Source of the DNA: an uncultured delta proteobacterium
GTDB lineage: Bacteria > Desulfobacterota > Desulfobacteria > Desulfobacterales > B30-G6
NCBI GenBank assembly: GCA_963823335.1
Contig: CAWGLD010000001.1
Location: 128,001 to 192,000 of the forward strand
DNA length: 64,000 bases
Reading direction: 5' to 3'
A program made the position numbers and the translations under genes. The number at the start of each line of letters is the position of its first letter. The stretch's first letter is position 1. Under the pieces are notes generated by a model. That model searched no databases. It was not told where the DNA came from and was given only the letters and a program-made list of their open reading frames with translations. Positions 40,401 through 50,117 of this stretch are shown here, piece by piece.

Positions 40401-41575
40401 ATAGCCGTCCTCGCTTTCGATAACCTGAGCGGTGACCCTGAGCAGGAGTATTTCAGTGATGGCATTACCGAAGAGATCATCTCCGCCCTCTCAAAGACAG
40501 ATCAACTTTTTGTGATTGCTCGTAACTCATCGTTTGTCTACAAGGGCAAGCCGGTCAATGTAAAGCAAGTCGCAAGGGAATTGGGCGTGCACTATGTGCT
40601 CGAAGGCAGTGTCCGAATTTCTGAAGATCGGGTGAGGATTACAGCACAGTTGATCGATGCCATTTCGGGTCATCACCTTTGGGCGGAACGTTATGACCGT
40701 GATTTAAAAGACATCTTTGCCCTGCAAGACGAGATTACCATCAAGATAGTGTCCTCCCTGCAAATAAAGCTTACAGAGGGCGAGCAATCTCGTATGTGGA
40801 TCAAGAGATAATGCAAGAAACCTTGATGTTAAGTTAAAAACGATGGAATTATTGTCTCTTTGGCGAGAAGACACAATAGAAAGTCATATGCTGTATGGCC
40901 AGCTATCACAGGAAGTCATCGATATGGCTCCTAAATATCCGGTCGGCTACCTTACATTAGCTTGGCATCACTGGTGGCTTGCTTTGACACTTGGCAAATC
41001 ACCCCAAGAGAATTTGACAAAAGCCTTTAATCTGGCACAAAAGGTTCTTTCTATGGATGAATCTAATGCCGACGCCCATGCCTTATTAGGAAGTATCTAC
41101 ATGGTTATGAGGCAACATGATAAGGCCATTGCCGCAGGGAAGCGCTCTATAGAGCTTCAACCAAATGGGGCTATGGTACATGGGCTTTTGGGTTTTACAC
41201 TATACTTTGCGGATCAGCCGGATGAAGGCATTGTGTATCTTAACAAGGGGATTCGGCTCAACCCTTTTCCTGCCTCTTGGTACTTTCAACATTTAGGCAG
41301 CTGTTATGCGATTAAAGGGCAGTATGAGAAAGCTCTGACATTGTACAAGCAAGCACTTCTGAGAAGTCCCAGACACTTTCACTATACATTTGAGTTTAGC
41401 TATTACGTATGCTTTATTAGACCGGCAAAAGGAGGCTGACGCAGCTGTCAAAAAAGTCCTGGAACTCTATCCCAGTTTTTCTATTGAGCGTTTTTCCGCA
41501 ACACTGCCGTATAAAAATCAAGACGATCTTAAATTAGTAGTAGGTGCTATGCGTAAGGCTGGTTTGCCGGAGTGA
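37473..41575 (+). pseudogene. Class III cyclase + TM + 2x(TolB-N-like + TPR) paralog 3, interrupted and frameshifted
   Basis: Cyclase domain 37473-37997, istA fragment insert, resumes at 39005; frameshifts near 39191, 40810 and 41375; ends RKAGLPE*. Confidence 0.85.
37998..39004 (+). mobile_element. istA: Internal fragment of an IS21-family istA transposase (frameshifted)
   Basis: [53 protein letters not shown]; no IS ends visible. Confidence 0.85.
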
Positions 41576-41630
41576 GCATAACTATTTCAAAATATGATAT
41601 ATCTCCAAAATATGCTGATCCATCCCCTCA

Positions 41631-41780
41631 ATTTCAAATCAGCTTAAACCCGCAGAACAGGAAACATTGTGATATCGTCATCTCAGTGGACTCGCCTGAA
41701 CCTGATATCATATGAAACCTTAACCGCATGGTTCGATGAAGAACTCGAAAATGCAAATGTTGACCTACTCGTTGACCTTT
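41631..41780 (+). repeat. Cyclase-array spacer E ending in GTTGACCT direct repeats (candidate integrase arm sites)
   Basis: ...ACCGCATGGTTCGATGAAGAACTCGAAAATGCAAATGTTGACCTACTCGTTGACCT, ~150 bp from the tRNA 3' end. Confidence 0.75.
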
Positions 41781-41876
41781 TCACACAAAGTCAATTCTGG
41801 TGTACTATTAAATCTATTGAATATAAGTAGTTATACATACCTGTCTTTATAAACCCTTACAAACAGTATACAAATG

Positions 41877-41915
41877 AAAAAGGGGCAGCCACCGAAGTAG
41901 CTAACCCCTTCTTTT
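41877..41915 (-). terminator. Terminator-like hairpin downstream of tRNA-Phe
   Basis: AAAAGGGGCAGC...GCTAACCCCTTCTTTT. Confidence 0.55.
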
Positions 41916-41928
41916 CATTGAGATCTTA

Positions 41929-42004
41929 TGGTGCCGAGGGACAGAATCGAACTGCCGACACGGGGATTTTCAGTCCCCTGCTCTACCGACTGAGCTACCT
42001 CGGC
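41929..42004 (-). tRNA. tRNA-Phe (GAA)
   Basis: GCCGAGG acceptor stem, D-loop AGTCGGTA, anticodon loop CTGAAAA, TTCGATT T-loop, encoded CCA; 76 nt. Confidence 0.97.
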
Positions 42005-42064
42005 AAGACCTCAATTAGACTGGTATAGATATTAAAGGGGCTGGTATTTGTCAAGATATTTCTG

Positions 42065-42231
42065 AGGTGGCTTCAAACCTTCTCTCAAGCTCAATCTCTG
42101 TGCTGAAACGAAGCGTTCAATCCTAAAAATACAAGGTGTATTCACCCCAAGGACACTTCCTGCGGGCGCCGGCGGGTTAAACAGCTCGCCTCGCCTTGAC
42201 CTTAAGCTTGATTGAACGTTTGAAACCACTT
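42065..42231. repeat. Diverged relative of the 15034/47731 MITE/REP family
   Basis: Terminal IR GGTGGCTTCAAAC...GTTTGAAACCACT; shares CAAT.TCTGTG, AATAC..GTAT, GCGGGTT and CGCCTTGA blocks. Confidence 0.6.
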
Positions 42232-42328
42232 TAAGCTTTGTGGCTTTGATTTGCACTGCCCGCCTACACCTAATATGCAGACCATCAGCCGCATGTAAAT
42301 TTCCCTGGGGAAAAAAGTCCCCTTGTCT

Positions 42329-43081
42329 TCATTTCCCCCCCATATCCCCAAAAAGATACTGCATCAGGGTACAGACGGAAAGGGCCGCGGTCTCGGCTTT
42401 CAGTATTCTGGAGCCCAGGCTGACACTTCGATAGCCAAGGGTGACCGCCTTTTCAATTTCGGCCTTCGAGAATCCACCCTCCGGGCCGATGATGGCAAAG
42501 ACACTTTCACATCTATCCGGAACAGGGTCCAACACCTCAGGCAGTGTCCGGGTTTCCTCTTCCCAGAAAATCAATTTCAGATCATCTTCTCTTCCCATCT
42601 CCAGGGCCTCGTCAAAGGATACGATATCAGCCAGCTCGGTCAACAAGCTCCGTTGACACTGCTTCATGGATTCTATGATGATGGACCGCCACCGTTCCAG
42701 ACGCACAGGCAGTTTTGCCTTGGCCGGCACTGGAATGGAACGCTCGGAAAAGAACGGGACCCATCGCGTGATGCCAAGTTCGGTGATCTGCCGGGCCAGC
42801 ATGTCCATTTTTTTGCCTTTCAGCATGGCCTGGGCAAAGGTGATCTTTACCGGGGAATCCATGGTGGTGTGAATTCTTTTGACCGGTGACACCCTCACCT
42901 GGTCAGGTGAGATCGTCTTGATTTGCGCTTCATAATCGTTGCCCCTGCCGTCAAAAACCACCAGTGTGTCACCGTGCTTCATACGCAGGACAGTACGGAT
43001 ATGTCGTGCATCTGAACCGCCGATACTGCCTTCCTGACCAATGCCAGCCTTATCCTGCCAAAAAAAACGTCTCATCTCCAT
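42329..43081 (-). CDS. rsmE: 16S rRNA m3U1498 methyltransferase
   Basis: HIRTVLRM, ITELGI, IGPEGGFS, SLGSRILKAETA. Confidence 0.92.
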   Translation of the reverse strand: MEMRRFFWQDKAGIGQEGSIGGSDARHIRTVLRMKHGDTLVVFDGRGNDYEAQIKTISPDQVRVSPVKRIHTTMDSPVKITFAQAMLKGKKMDMLARQITELGITRWVPFFSERSIPVPAKAKLPVRLERWRSIIIESMKQCQRSLLTELADIVSFDEALEMGREDDLKLIFWEEETRTLPEVLDPVPDRCESVFAIIGPEGGFSKAEIEKAVTLGYRSVSLGSRILKAETAALSVCTLMQYLFGDMGGK

Positions 43082-43325
43082 ATTCCGGCAACTTTCTCAT
43101 GCAAGTCTGTTTTTCCATTTACTCAACGGTCGATCCTCTTACGTCAGGATTATTTTCTCTTCTATAACCCGCATGAATACTGCTTTATCACAATTATCTA
43201 AAATATCAAATATATTGACACTATAGATGCCTTATGATACGTTCTTCGGGATAAATTTACCCAAATCCTGCACCATGGGTGACCGTCCGGGCGGCCTATT
43301 TTTCGATCCAAACACGGGGGATGAC

Positions 43326-44873
43326 ATGGTAGATAAAGACGATCTCTTTCAGGAAGAAGACGGCAGCACGCCTCAAGACCATGACAGAGATGAACCTCTT
43401 ACCGACGAAGACGACGATATCATCGACCTTTTAGATACGGTTGAAATGCCTGTGCAAGATATCGAGGAAGACATCATCGAGCTCGAAGATATGGTCGAGG
43501 CGCCTGTCGACGAGATTATAGAGCTTACAGAAGAAACCCAAGGGCCAGTGGCGGACGATGACGTTCTCGATCTGACAGAGGTGGTCACCGACGAGGACGA
43601 ACCGCGAGACGATATTCTGGAACTCACCGAGATCGCCGATACAGATGATACACAGGATGATGGGGTTCTGGATCTCACCCAAAAGACGGCAGGGTTCGAC
43701 CTGGATGATGAGATCATCGATCTGACGGAAGCCACGGCTGATGACAAGGTTTTCGACCTTTTAGATACAGCTGAAATACCGGCCCAGAACATGGCCGAAG
43801 ACATCATCGATCTGGAGAAACCCGCGGCTGATGACGAGGTTTTCGACCTTTTAGATACGGTTGAAATACCGGCCCAGGGCATGACCGAAGACATCATCGA
43901 TCTGGAGGAACCCGCGGCTGATGACGAGGTTTTCGACCTTTTAGATACGGTTGAAATACCGGCCCAGAACATGACCGAAGACATCATCGATCTGGAGGAA
44001 CCCGCGGCTGATGACGAGGTTTTCGACCTTTTAGATACGATTGAAATACCGGCCCAGGGCATGACCGAAGACATCATCGAACCGGCGGACACAACCCAGG
44101 AGTTTGCGTTTGACGCCGATGATAACGATGACATTCTCAGTTCAACAGAAACCCCGGCCGATAGCAAAGTCTTTGACTTTTTGGACACGATTGAAATCCC
44201 CGCCCAGGACACAGCCGAAGACATCATCGAACCGGCGGACACGGTTCAGGAGCTTGACTTTGCTGCCGAAAACGACAGCCTCGGTCTAACAGATGCCGTG
44301 GCCCAGGACGATATTGACGAAGCAGCCTTGGATCCGGATGAACCTGATGAACCCGTGGAGACAGATCAGGAAGAACGCTTTGAAGAAACCATTGCGCTGC
44401 CATCATCCGGATACGAAGAAGACAAGGAGCTGTTGGAACTCATCGATGATATCCAGGCAACCCTCAACGATGAACCCCTATCCGCCCGCGTCGGTGACCA
44501 GGAGAGCACAGCTCCGACGGATGAAGTCATTGATACGGACACTCTTGAAGAAAATGCCGACGCATACACCTTTCTGAATGACGATGATCTCATCGAAGAC
44601 GGGGGCGTACCGGAATCTGAATCTGAATTCGTCGACCACCTTGGTATCGATCTCACCTCGGAGATCGAAAGAAAGGCATTGGAGGAAAACCAGGAAGCGG
44701 TCATGGAAGATGTCAAACCAACCAAAGACATGGAATCAGGCATCGCACCGGGCGCCGTGGAGACAGCCGTCAAACAGGCCCTTACCGAAATGCTGGCGGA
44801 TGAGAACAATCCACTGGCCAAGGCCATTGAAAATGCGGTCAGAAAAGCATTGGGTCAAGGGGAAGATACTTAA
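43326..44873 (+). CDS. Highly acidic, disordered repeat protein with a helical C-terminus (PopZ/RomR-like candidate)
   Basis: D/E-rich, repeated DII(D/E)L and DDVLDLT motifs, amphipathic C-terminal helices; start assumed at the ATG at 43326. Confidence 0.7.
   Translation: MVDKDDLFQEEDGSTPQDHDRDEPLTDEDDDIIDLLDTVEMPVQDIEEDIIELEDMVEAPVDEIIELTEETQGPVADDDVLDLTEVVTDEDEPRDDILELTEIADTDDTQDDGVLDLTQKTAGFDLDDEIIDLTEATADDKVFDLLDTAEIPAQNMAEDIIDLEKPAADDEVFDLLDTVEIPAQGMTEDIIDLEEPAADDEVFDLLDTVEIPAQNMTEDIIDLEEPAADDEVFDLLDTIEIPAQGMTEDIIEPADTTQEFAFDADDNDDILSSTETPADSKVFDFLDTIEIPAQDTAEDIIEPADTVQELDFAAENDSLGLTDAVAQDDIDEAALDPDEPDEPVETDQEERFEETIALPSSGYEEDKELLELIDDIQATLNDEPLSARVGDQESTAPTDEVIDTDTLEENADAYTFLNDDDLIEDGGVPESESEFVDHLGIDLTSEIERKALEENQEAVMEDVKPTKDMESGIAPGAVETAVKQALTEMLADENNPLAKAIENAVRKALGQGEDT
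43737..44080 (+). repeat. 90-bp (30-aa) coding tandem repeat, about 4 units
   Basis: ADDEVFDLLDTVEIPAQ(G/N)MTEDIIDLEEPA repeated. Confidence 0.9.
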
Positions 44874-45058
44874 CGAAGTTGGATTATCTCCAAGAATCTT
44901 GATCCAGCCGATAGAAACAACAAGCAATGATGTGATCGAGTTCTCTCGCCACAAGCGAAGGACTCTTGTGAACATGCACATTGGGGATTATTACTACCTG
45001 AAAAATGCATGAAATTCAGGTATGAATCCCCTTTTCACTTTTGATGAGGGAGTATTAC

Positions 45059-47719
45059 ATGAGTTCGCGTTTAATCGATAAAGGGTATGAACCCCGGGAA
45101 GTGGAAAAACGCTGGTACAGCTACTGGGAGGAAAATCATCTTTTTGCAGCGGATGAAACCAGCGACAGACAGAGTTATTCCATTGTCATCCCGCCCCCCA
45201 ATGTCACCGGTGTATTGCACATGGGGCATGCATTGAACAATACCATGCAGGATATTCTTTGCCGTTACCGACGACTGAGGGGCGACAATGTTTTGTGGAT
45301 GCCCGGGACAGACCATGCCGGTATCGCCACCCAGAATGTGGTCGAGAAAAAACTGGCTGCCGAAGGGCTGGATCGCCACCAGGTGGGCAGGGAAAAATTC
45401 ATAGAGGCTGTATGGGAATGGCGCAAAGAATATGGCAACGCCATCATCAACCAGCTCAAACGACTGGGTGCATCCTGCGACTGGCAGCGGGAGCGGTTTA
45501 CCATGGACGAAGGCTTGTCCCTCGCCGTGCGCAAGGTATTTGTTCAGCTGTATGAAGAGGGGCTCATTTACCGCGGCGATTACATCATCAACTGGTGTCA
45601 TCGCTGCCACACCGCCTTGAGCGATCTCGAAGTAGAACACGAAGACATCGATGGGCATCTCTACCACTTCCGCTATCCCTATGAAAAGGGAAACGGCTAC
45701 ATCATCATAGCCACCACCCGGCCGGAAACCATGCTGGGGGACACGGCCGTGGCCGTGAATCCTGAGGATGAACGATACCTGAACCTCAAAGACGAAAACG
45801 TGATCCTGCCTCTCATGGAGCGGGTCATTCCGATTATCCGGGATCCCTATGTGGACATGTCCTTTGGAACCGGCGCCCTCAAAATCACACCGGCACACGA
45901 TCCCAACGACTTCGACATCGGTGAAAAACACAATCTGCCAAGCGTCAAGGTTATCGGAGACGACGGCTTCATGACAGCCGACGCCGGCCGTTTCCAGGGT
46001 ATGGACCGTTTCGAATGCCGGGACGCCGTGGTGGAAGCACTCCAGGCAAAAGGCCTGGTAGAAAAAATTGAACCCCATCCGCACAGCGTCGGGCACTGCT
46101 ACCGCTGCAAGACCATTGTCGAACCGAACCTGTCCCGGCAGTGGTTTGTCAAGGCAAAGCCTCTGGCTGAAAAAGCCATCCAGGCCGTGGACACCGGAAG
46201 AACCCGTATTATTCCCGAAACATGGAAGAAAACTTATTACGATTGGATGTACAACATCAAGGACTGGTGTATCTCCAGACAGATCTGGTGGGGCCACCAG
46301 ATTCCTGCCTGGACCTGCGAAGATTGCGAAGAGGTGGTGGTTGCCATGGAGACTCCCGAAACCTGCCCCGCCTGCAGGAGCAAAAAACTGGTCCGGGAAA
46401 CCGATGTCCTGGACACCTGGTTCAGCTCGGCACTCTGGCCCTTCTCCACCATGGGGTGGCCCGAACAGACCCCTCTGTTGAAAACATTTTATCCCACCTC
46501 GGTTCTGATAACGGGTTTCGATATCCTCTTTTTCTGGGTAGCCCGGATGATGATGATGGGAATCCATTTCATGAAGGATATCCCCTTTGCGGATGTGTAT
46601 GTTCATGCGCTGGTTCGGGACGAACAGGGCAAGAAAATGAGCAAATCAAAAGGCAACGTCATCGATCCGCTGAATATCATCGACCAGTACGGTACCGACG
46701 CCTTCAGGTTTACCCTGGCGGCCTTTGCCGCCCAGGGACGCGATGTCAAGATGTCCGAAAAGCGTGTGGAGGGATATCGGCATTTTGTGAACAAACTCTG
46801 GAATGCCGCCCGTTTCTCCCTGATGCACCTGGACGAAAGCCACGCCGACATGCCCGGACAAACCCTTTCCCTCCCGGACAGATGGATCCTTTCCAGACTC
46901 AGCCGGGTAACGGACGCTGTGGCGGAGGCTCTGGATCAGTATCGCTTCAATGATGCGGCCAGCGTGGTTTACCAGTTTGTCTGGCACGAACTCTGTGACT
47001 GGTATCTGGAAACCATCAAGCCCGCGCTCTACGGGAAGAAAGGCGAAGAAAGCAAACGGGCCACCCTCACGGTTCTGTGGCGTGTCTTTCACGACACCCT
47101 GATCCTGCTGCACCCCTTTATGCCCTTTGTAACCGAGGAAATCTGGCACAAGTTTCCAGCAACGGACGCTTCCATCATGAAGGCCGTCTACCCGTCCGAT
47201 GCTGCAGAAAGGGGGGCAATCAAACGCGATCCAGAAGCCGAACATGCCATGGCCGTGGTTACGGACATCATCACCGCAGTTCGAAATATCCGCGGTGAAA
47301 TGAATATCTCACCGTCCCAGTCCCTGGCCATGGTGCTCCAGACCCCGGAAGAGACCACGCGCTCTTTGATCGAGCAGCAACAGGACGTGATTCTCGATCT
47401 TGCCAGACTCCATGCCCTGTCCATTGAATCACCAGGTGACAAACCCAGGGCTTCTGCAACCGCCATCGTGGGCGATGCCACCATTTTTGTCTCCCTCGAA
47501 GGCATTGTCGATTTTGAAAATGAGGAATTGCGTCTGGAAAAAGAGATCGCCAAGCTGGGCAAGGAGTTGTCGGCCATATCCAATAAACTGAACAACGAAA
47601 GCTTTCTGAGCAAGGCTCCCGGGGAGATTGTCGAAAAGGTTCGTGAAAAACACGACACGCTTCAGGAAAAGAGGACCCGTCTGCACTCGAATCTCGAGAG
47701 GATCCGGACATACATCTGA
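45059..47719 (+). CDS. valS: Valine--tRNA ligase
   Basis: PPPNVTGVLHMGH, TTRPET, DWCISRQIWWGH, KMSKS. Confidence 0.97.
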   Translation: MSSRLIDKGYEPREVEKRWYSYWEENHLFAADETSDRQSYSIVIPPPNVTGVLHMGHALNNTMQDILCRYRRLRGDNVLWMPGTDHAGIATQNVVEKKLAAEGLDRHQVGREKFIEAVWEWRKEYGNAIINQLKRLGASCDWQRERFTMDEGLSLAVRKVFVQLYEEGLIYRGDYIINWCHRCHTALSDLEVEHEDIDGHLYHFRYPYEKGNGYIIIATTRPETMLGDTAVAVNPEDERYLNLKDENVILPLMERVIPIIRDPYVDMSFGTGALKITPAHDPNDFDIGEKHNLPSVKVIGDDGFMTADAGRFQGMDRFECRDAVVEALQAKGLVEKIEPHPHSVGHCYRCKTIVEPNLSRQWFVKAKPLAEKAIQAVDTGRTRIIPETWKKTYYDWMYNIKDWCISRQIWWGHQIPAWTCEDCEEVVVAMETPETCPACRSKKLVRETDVLDTWFSSALWPFSTMGWPEQTPLLKTFYPTSVLITGFDILFFWVARMMMMGIHFMKDIPFADVYVHALVRDEQGKKMSKSKGNVIDPLNIIDQYGTDAFRFTLAAFAAQGRDVKMSEKRVEGYRHFVNKLWNAARFSLMHLDESHADMPGQTLSLPDRWILSRLSRVTDAVAEALDQYRFNDAASVVYQFVWHELCDWYLETIKPALYGKKGEESKRATLTVLWRVFHDTLILLHPFMPFVTEEIWHKFPATDASIMKAVYPSDAAERGAIKRDPEAEHAMAVVTDIITAVRNIRGEMNISPSQSLAMVLQTPEETTRSLIEQQQDVILDLARLHALSIESPGDKPRASATAIVGDATIFVSLEGIVDFENEELRLEKEIAKLGKELSAISNKLNNESFLSKAPGEIVEKVREKHDTLQEKRTRLHSNLERIRTYI

Positions 47720-47730
47720 GGATAAAGCAT

Positions 47731-47872
47731 GAAGCTATCTCAAAAAAGTTTTTTGGCCCAATTTCTGTGTTGGTCCCTTGCTTCAACTCCTCGGAATACT
47801 ACAGTATACCTGCGGGTTGAAGTTCGGGCCCGCCTTGAACTTCAACCAAAACCCTTTTTTTGAGATGGCTTC
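47731..47872. mobile_element. MITE/REP-like element (copy 2) abutting the nadC start codon
   Basis: GAAGCTATCTCAAAAAA...TTTTTTGAGATGGCTTC; near-identical to 15034-15172. Confidence 0.8.
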
Positions 47873-48703
47873 ATGGAAACACACAGCGTCAAAGCACTGA
47901 TTCAAACGGCCCTGAACGAGGATATCGGTTCCGGCGACATCACCACGGACAATCTGATCGATCCGAAACTGACCGGTAGATGCGTTATCATGGCCAAGGA
48001 GCCGCTGGTGCTGGCGGGGATCGATATCGCCAGACAGGTTTTTCAACACCTCGATACCTGTATGGAGTTTCAGGCCTTGCTGTCGGATGGGGACACGGCA
48101 GATACCGGTCAATCCCTGGCGCATATCCAGGGAAACCTGGCAGCCCTTTTGAAAGGCGAAAGAACCGCCTTGAATTTTTTACAGCGTCTTTCAGGTATCG
48201 CCACCAACGTCGCCGCCCACGTGCGACTGCTCGAAGGATCCCCGGTTCAGCTCGTGGACACGCGCAAGACAACACCTGGATGGCGTGTGCTGGAGAAATA
48301 CGCCGTGCGTGTGGGTGGCGCCCACAACCACAGAATGGGTCTTTATGACGGAGTCCTCATCAAAGACAACCACATTGCAGCCTTCGGTGGTGTCGCCGGA
48401 TCGATATCTCACATCCGCAAGCATGTCTCCCACCTGGTCAAAATCGAAGTGGAAGTCTCTAACCTGGCCGAAGTGGAAGAAGCCCTTCAGGTGGGCGTCG
48501 ATGTTATCATGCTGGACAACATGTCCCTGGAGGAAATCAAGACGGCGGTAGCACTGATTCAACATGCGGCCCTTGTGGAGGTGTCCGGGAACATTACCCA
48601 GACCAACCTGGCTGCCATGGCCGGCACCGGTGTGGACATCATTTCCATCGGCGCCCTGACACATGGGGCACGATCGGTGGACATCAGTATGCGAATCACA
48701 TAA
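47873..48703 (+). CDS. nadC: Nicotinate-nucleotide diphosphorylase (carboxylating)
   Basis: EDIGSGDITT, ERTALNFLQRLSGIAT, DTRKTTPG, IKDNH, MLDNM. Confidence 0.95.
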   Translation: METHSVKALIQTALNEDIGSGDITTDNLIDPKLTGRCVIMAKEPLVLAGIDIARQVFQHLDTCMEFQALLSDGDTADTGQSLAHIQGNLAALLKGERTALNFLQRLSGIATNVAAHVRLLEGSPVQLVDTRKTTPGWRVLEKYAVRVGGAHNHRMGLYDGVLIKDNHIAAFGGVAGSISHIRKHVSHLVKIEVEVSNLAEVEEALQVGVDVIMLDNMSLEEIKTAVALIQHAALVEVSGNITQTNLAAMAGTGVDIISIGALTHGARSVDISMRIT

Positions 48704-49124
48704 AATTTAATGAGATGCTTTTTTTATCAATGGGATAATATCTCTTTATATATCTCATCAAATTTTACCCTTCGGGCAAAGTGATATCACTGCATTCGCG
48801 TCGTTGTGACTGATTCGCAGTAGATAACCTACAGCTTCACCAGCCAGCGCCTTGCGACTGCAGCAATCTCCCATTGTGTGATTATAGTAACTTGAAGGTC
48901 CAACATCGAATGAAAATAAATATTGAAGAACCCCGCGGCACGACATTTTTGAGATGGGTTATAGATAGCGTGCGCTGTTGCGGTTCAATACAGACGCCGG
49001 TTTCTTCCAGTGCCAAATTCAGCATTCGATGTTGGACGTTCGATGTTCATTGGTTTTTATTGGGGATCTCCCCGCCGGGAACCCCTACTTAAAACCTAAA
49101 ACTTAACACCTAAAACCGTTTAAT

Positions 49125-50096
49125 ATGATCCCCTTACGCGACATCAACCCTTCCAGAAGTTTCCCGGTGGTCAACACGGCGCTCATCGGCATCAATGTGG
49201 TCGTGTTTTTCCTCCAGATGTCCCAGGGAAATCAAATGGATCGTTTTATCTACACCTACGGTCTGGTTCCGGCCCGCTACTCCATCTCGCACGTAAGCGC
49301 CTATTTCACACCCTTCCAGCAAGTTTTTTCCTTCATCTCCTTCATGTTTCTTCACGGGGGTTTTGTGCATCTTCTGGGAAACATGTGGTCTCTCTACATC
49401 TTCGGCGACAATGTCGAAGACCGTCTGGGACCGCTTCGATATCTGTTGTTCTATCTCCTGTGCGGTCTCGCTTCGGGCTTGTCCCATTTGCTGCTGAACA
49501 TGAATTCGACAATTCCCACCATCGGCGCCAGTGGCGCCATTGCCGGTGTCATGGGTGCCTATCTTGTCCTCCATCCCCGATCCAGGATCCTGACCCTGAT
49601 TCCCATTCTCATCTTTCCCTGGTTCGTGGAAATCCCTGCCTTTTTCTTTATCGGCTTCTGGTTCGTACTGCAGCTGCTGAATGCGGCCGGCAGCCATGGC
49701 GGGGGTGGGGGTATTGCGTGGTGGGCCCACATCGGTGGGTTCCTGTTCGGTATCGTCTTTTTGAAAATAGCTCTGAAGCTTCCTTCCACGGGCATTTCCC
49801 GAAAAATAAGCCCCATGACGGCCAGAAAGAAAACATCCCGCCTGCAGATCATTCGACCCGTTGGGCCCGCCGACGATCCCAACCTCTACGGGACTCTCGA
49901 AATCTCAGCCCTTGAAGCCCGCCTGGGTTCCAGAAAACTCGTGAATATCCCCTGGGGCTTTCAGAAACGTCTCATCAATGTAACCGTACCACCCGGTATC
50001 ACGGAGAACAAACAGCTTAAACTCAGATCCCTGGGAAAACTGATGCCCCAAGGTGGGCGGGGGGATTTGTTCCTTCGGGTTACCATTAAAGGTTAG
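49125..50096 (+). CDS. Rhomboid intramembrane serine protease with a DnaJ C-terminal-like domain
   Basis: FLHGGFVHLLGNM, GASGA, AHIGGF; C-terminal ISALEARLG...VPPG...LKLRSLG...GDLFL. Confidence 0.88.
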   Translation: MIPLRDINPSRSFPVVNTALIGINVVVFFLQMSQGNQMDRFIYTYGLVPARYSISHVSAYFTPFQQVFSFISFMFLHGGFVHLLGNMWSLYIFGDNVEDRLGPLRYLLFYLLCGLASGLSHLLLNMNSTIPTIGASGAIAGVMGAYLVLHPRSRILTLIPILIFPWFVEIPAFFFIGFWFVLQLLNAAGSHGGGGGIAWWAHIGGFLFGIVFLKIALKLPSTGISRKISPMTARKKTSRLQIIRPVGPADDPNLYGTLEISALEARLGSRKLVNIPWGFQKRLINVTVPPGITENKQLKLRSLGKLMPQGGRGDLFLRVTIKG

Positions 50097-50117
50097 GCTA
50101 ACCAACCTAATGAGCCA

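Noticed and set aside
20329-41575. Diversity-generating retroelement acting on the cyclase-TPR paralogs
   Set aside because: No reverse transcriptase and no template/variable repeat pair with adenine-specific differences seen
43737-44080. Regular 90-bp repeats as a CRISPR array
   Set aside because: The units are contiguous, in frame within a protein and have no unique spacers; no cas genes in the window
45071-46606. 511-aa antisense ORF, and similar long shadow ORFs such as 9731-10618 and 43373-44242
   Set aside because: They lie opposite well-supported genes, have no recognisable motifs, and are expected from codon bias
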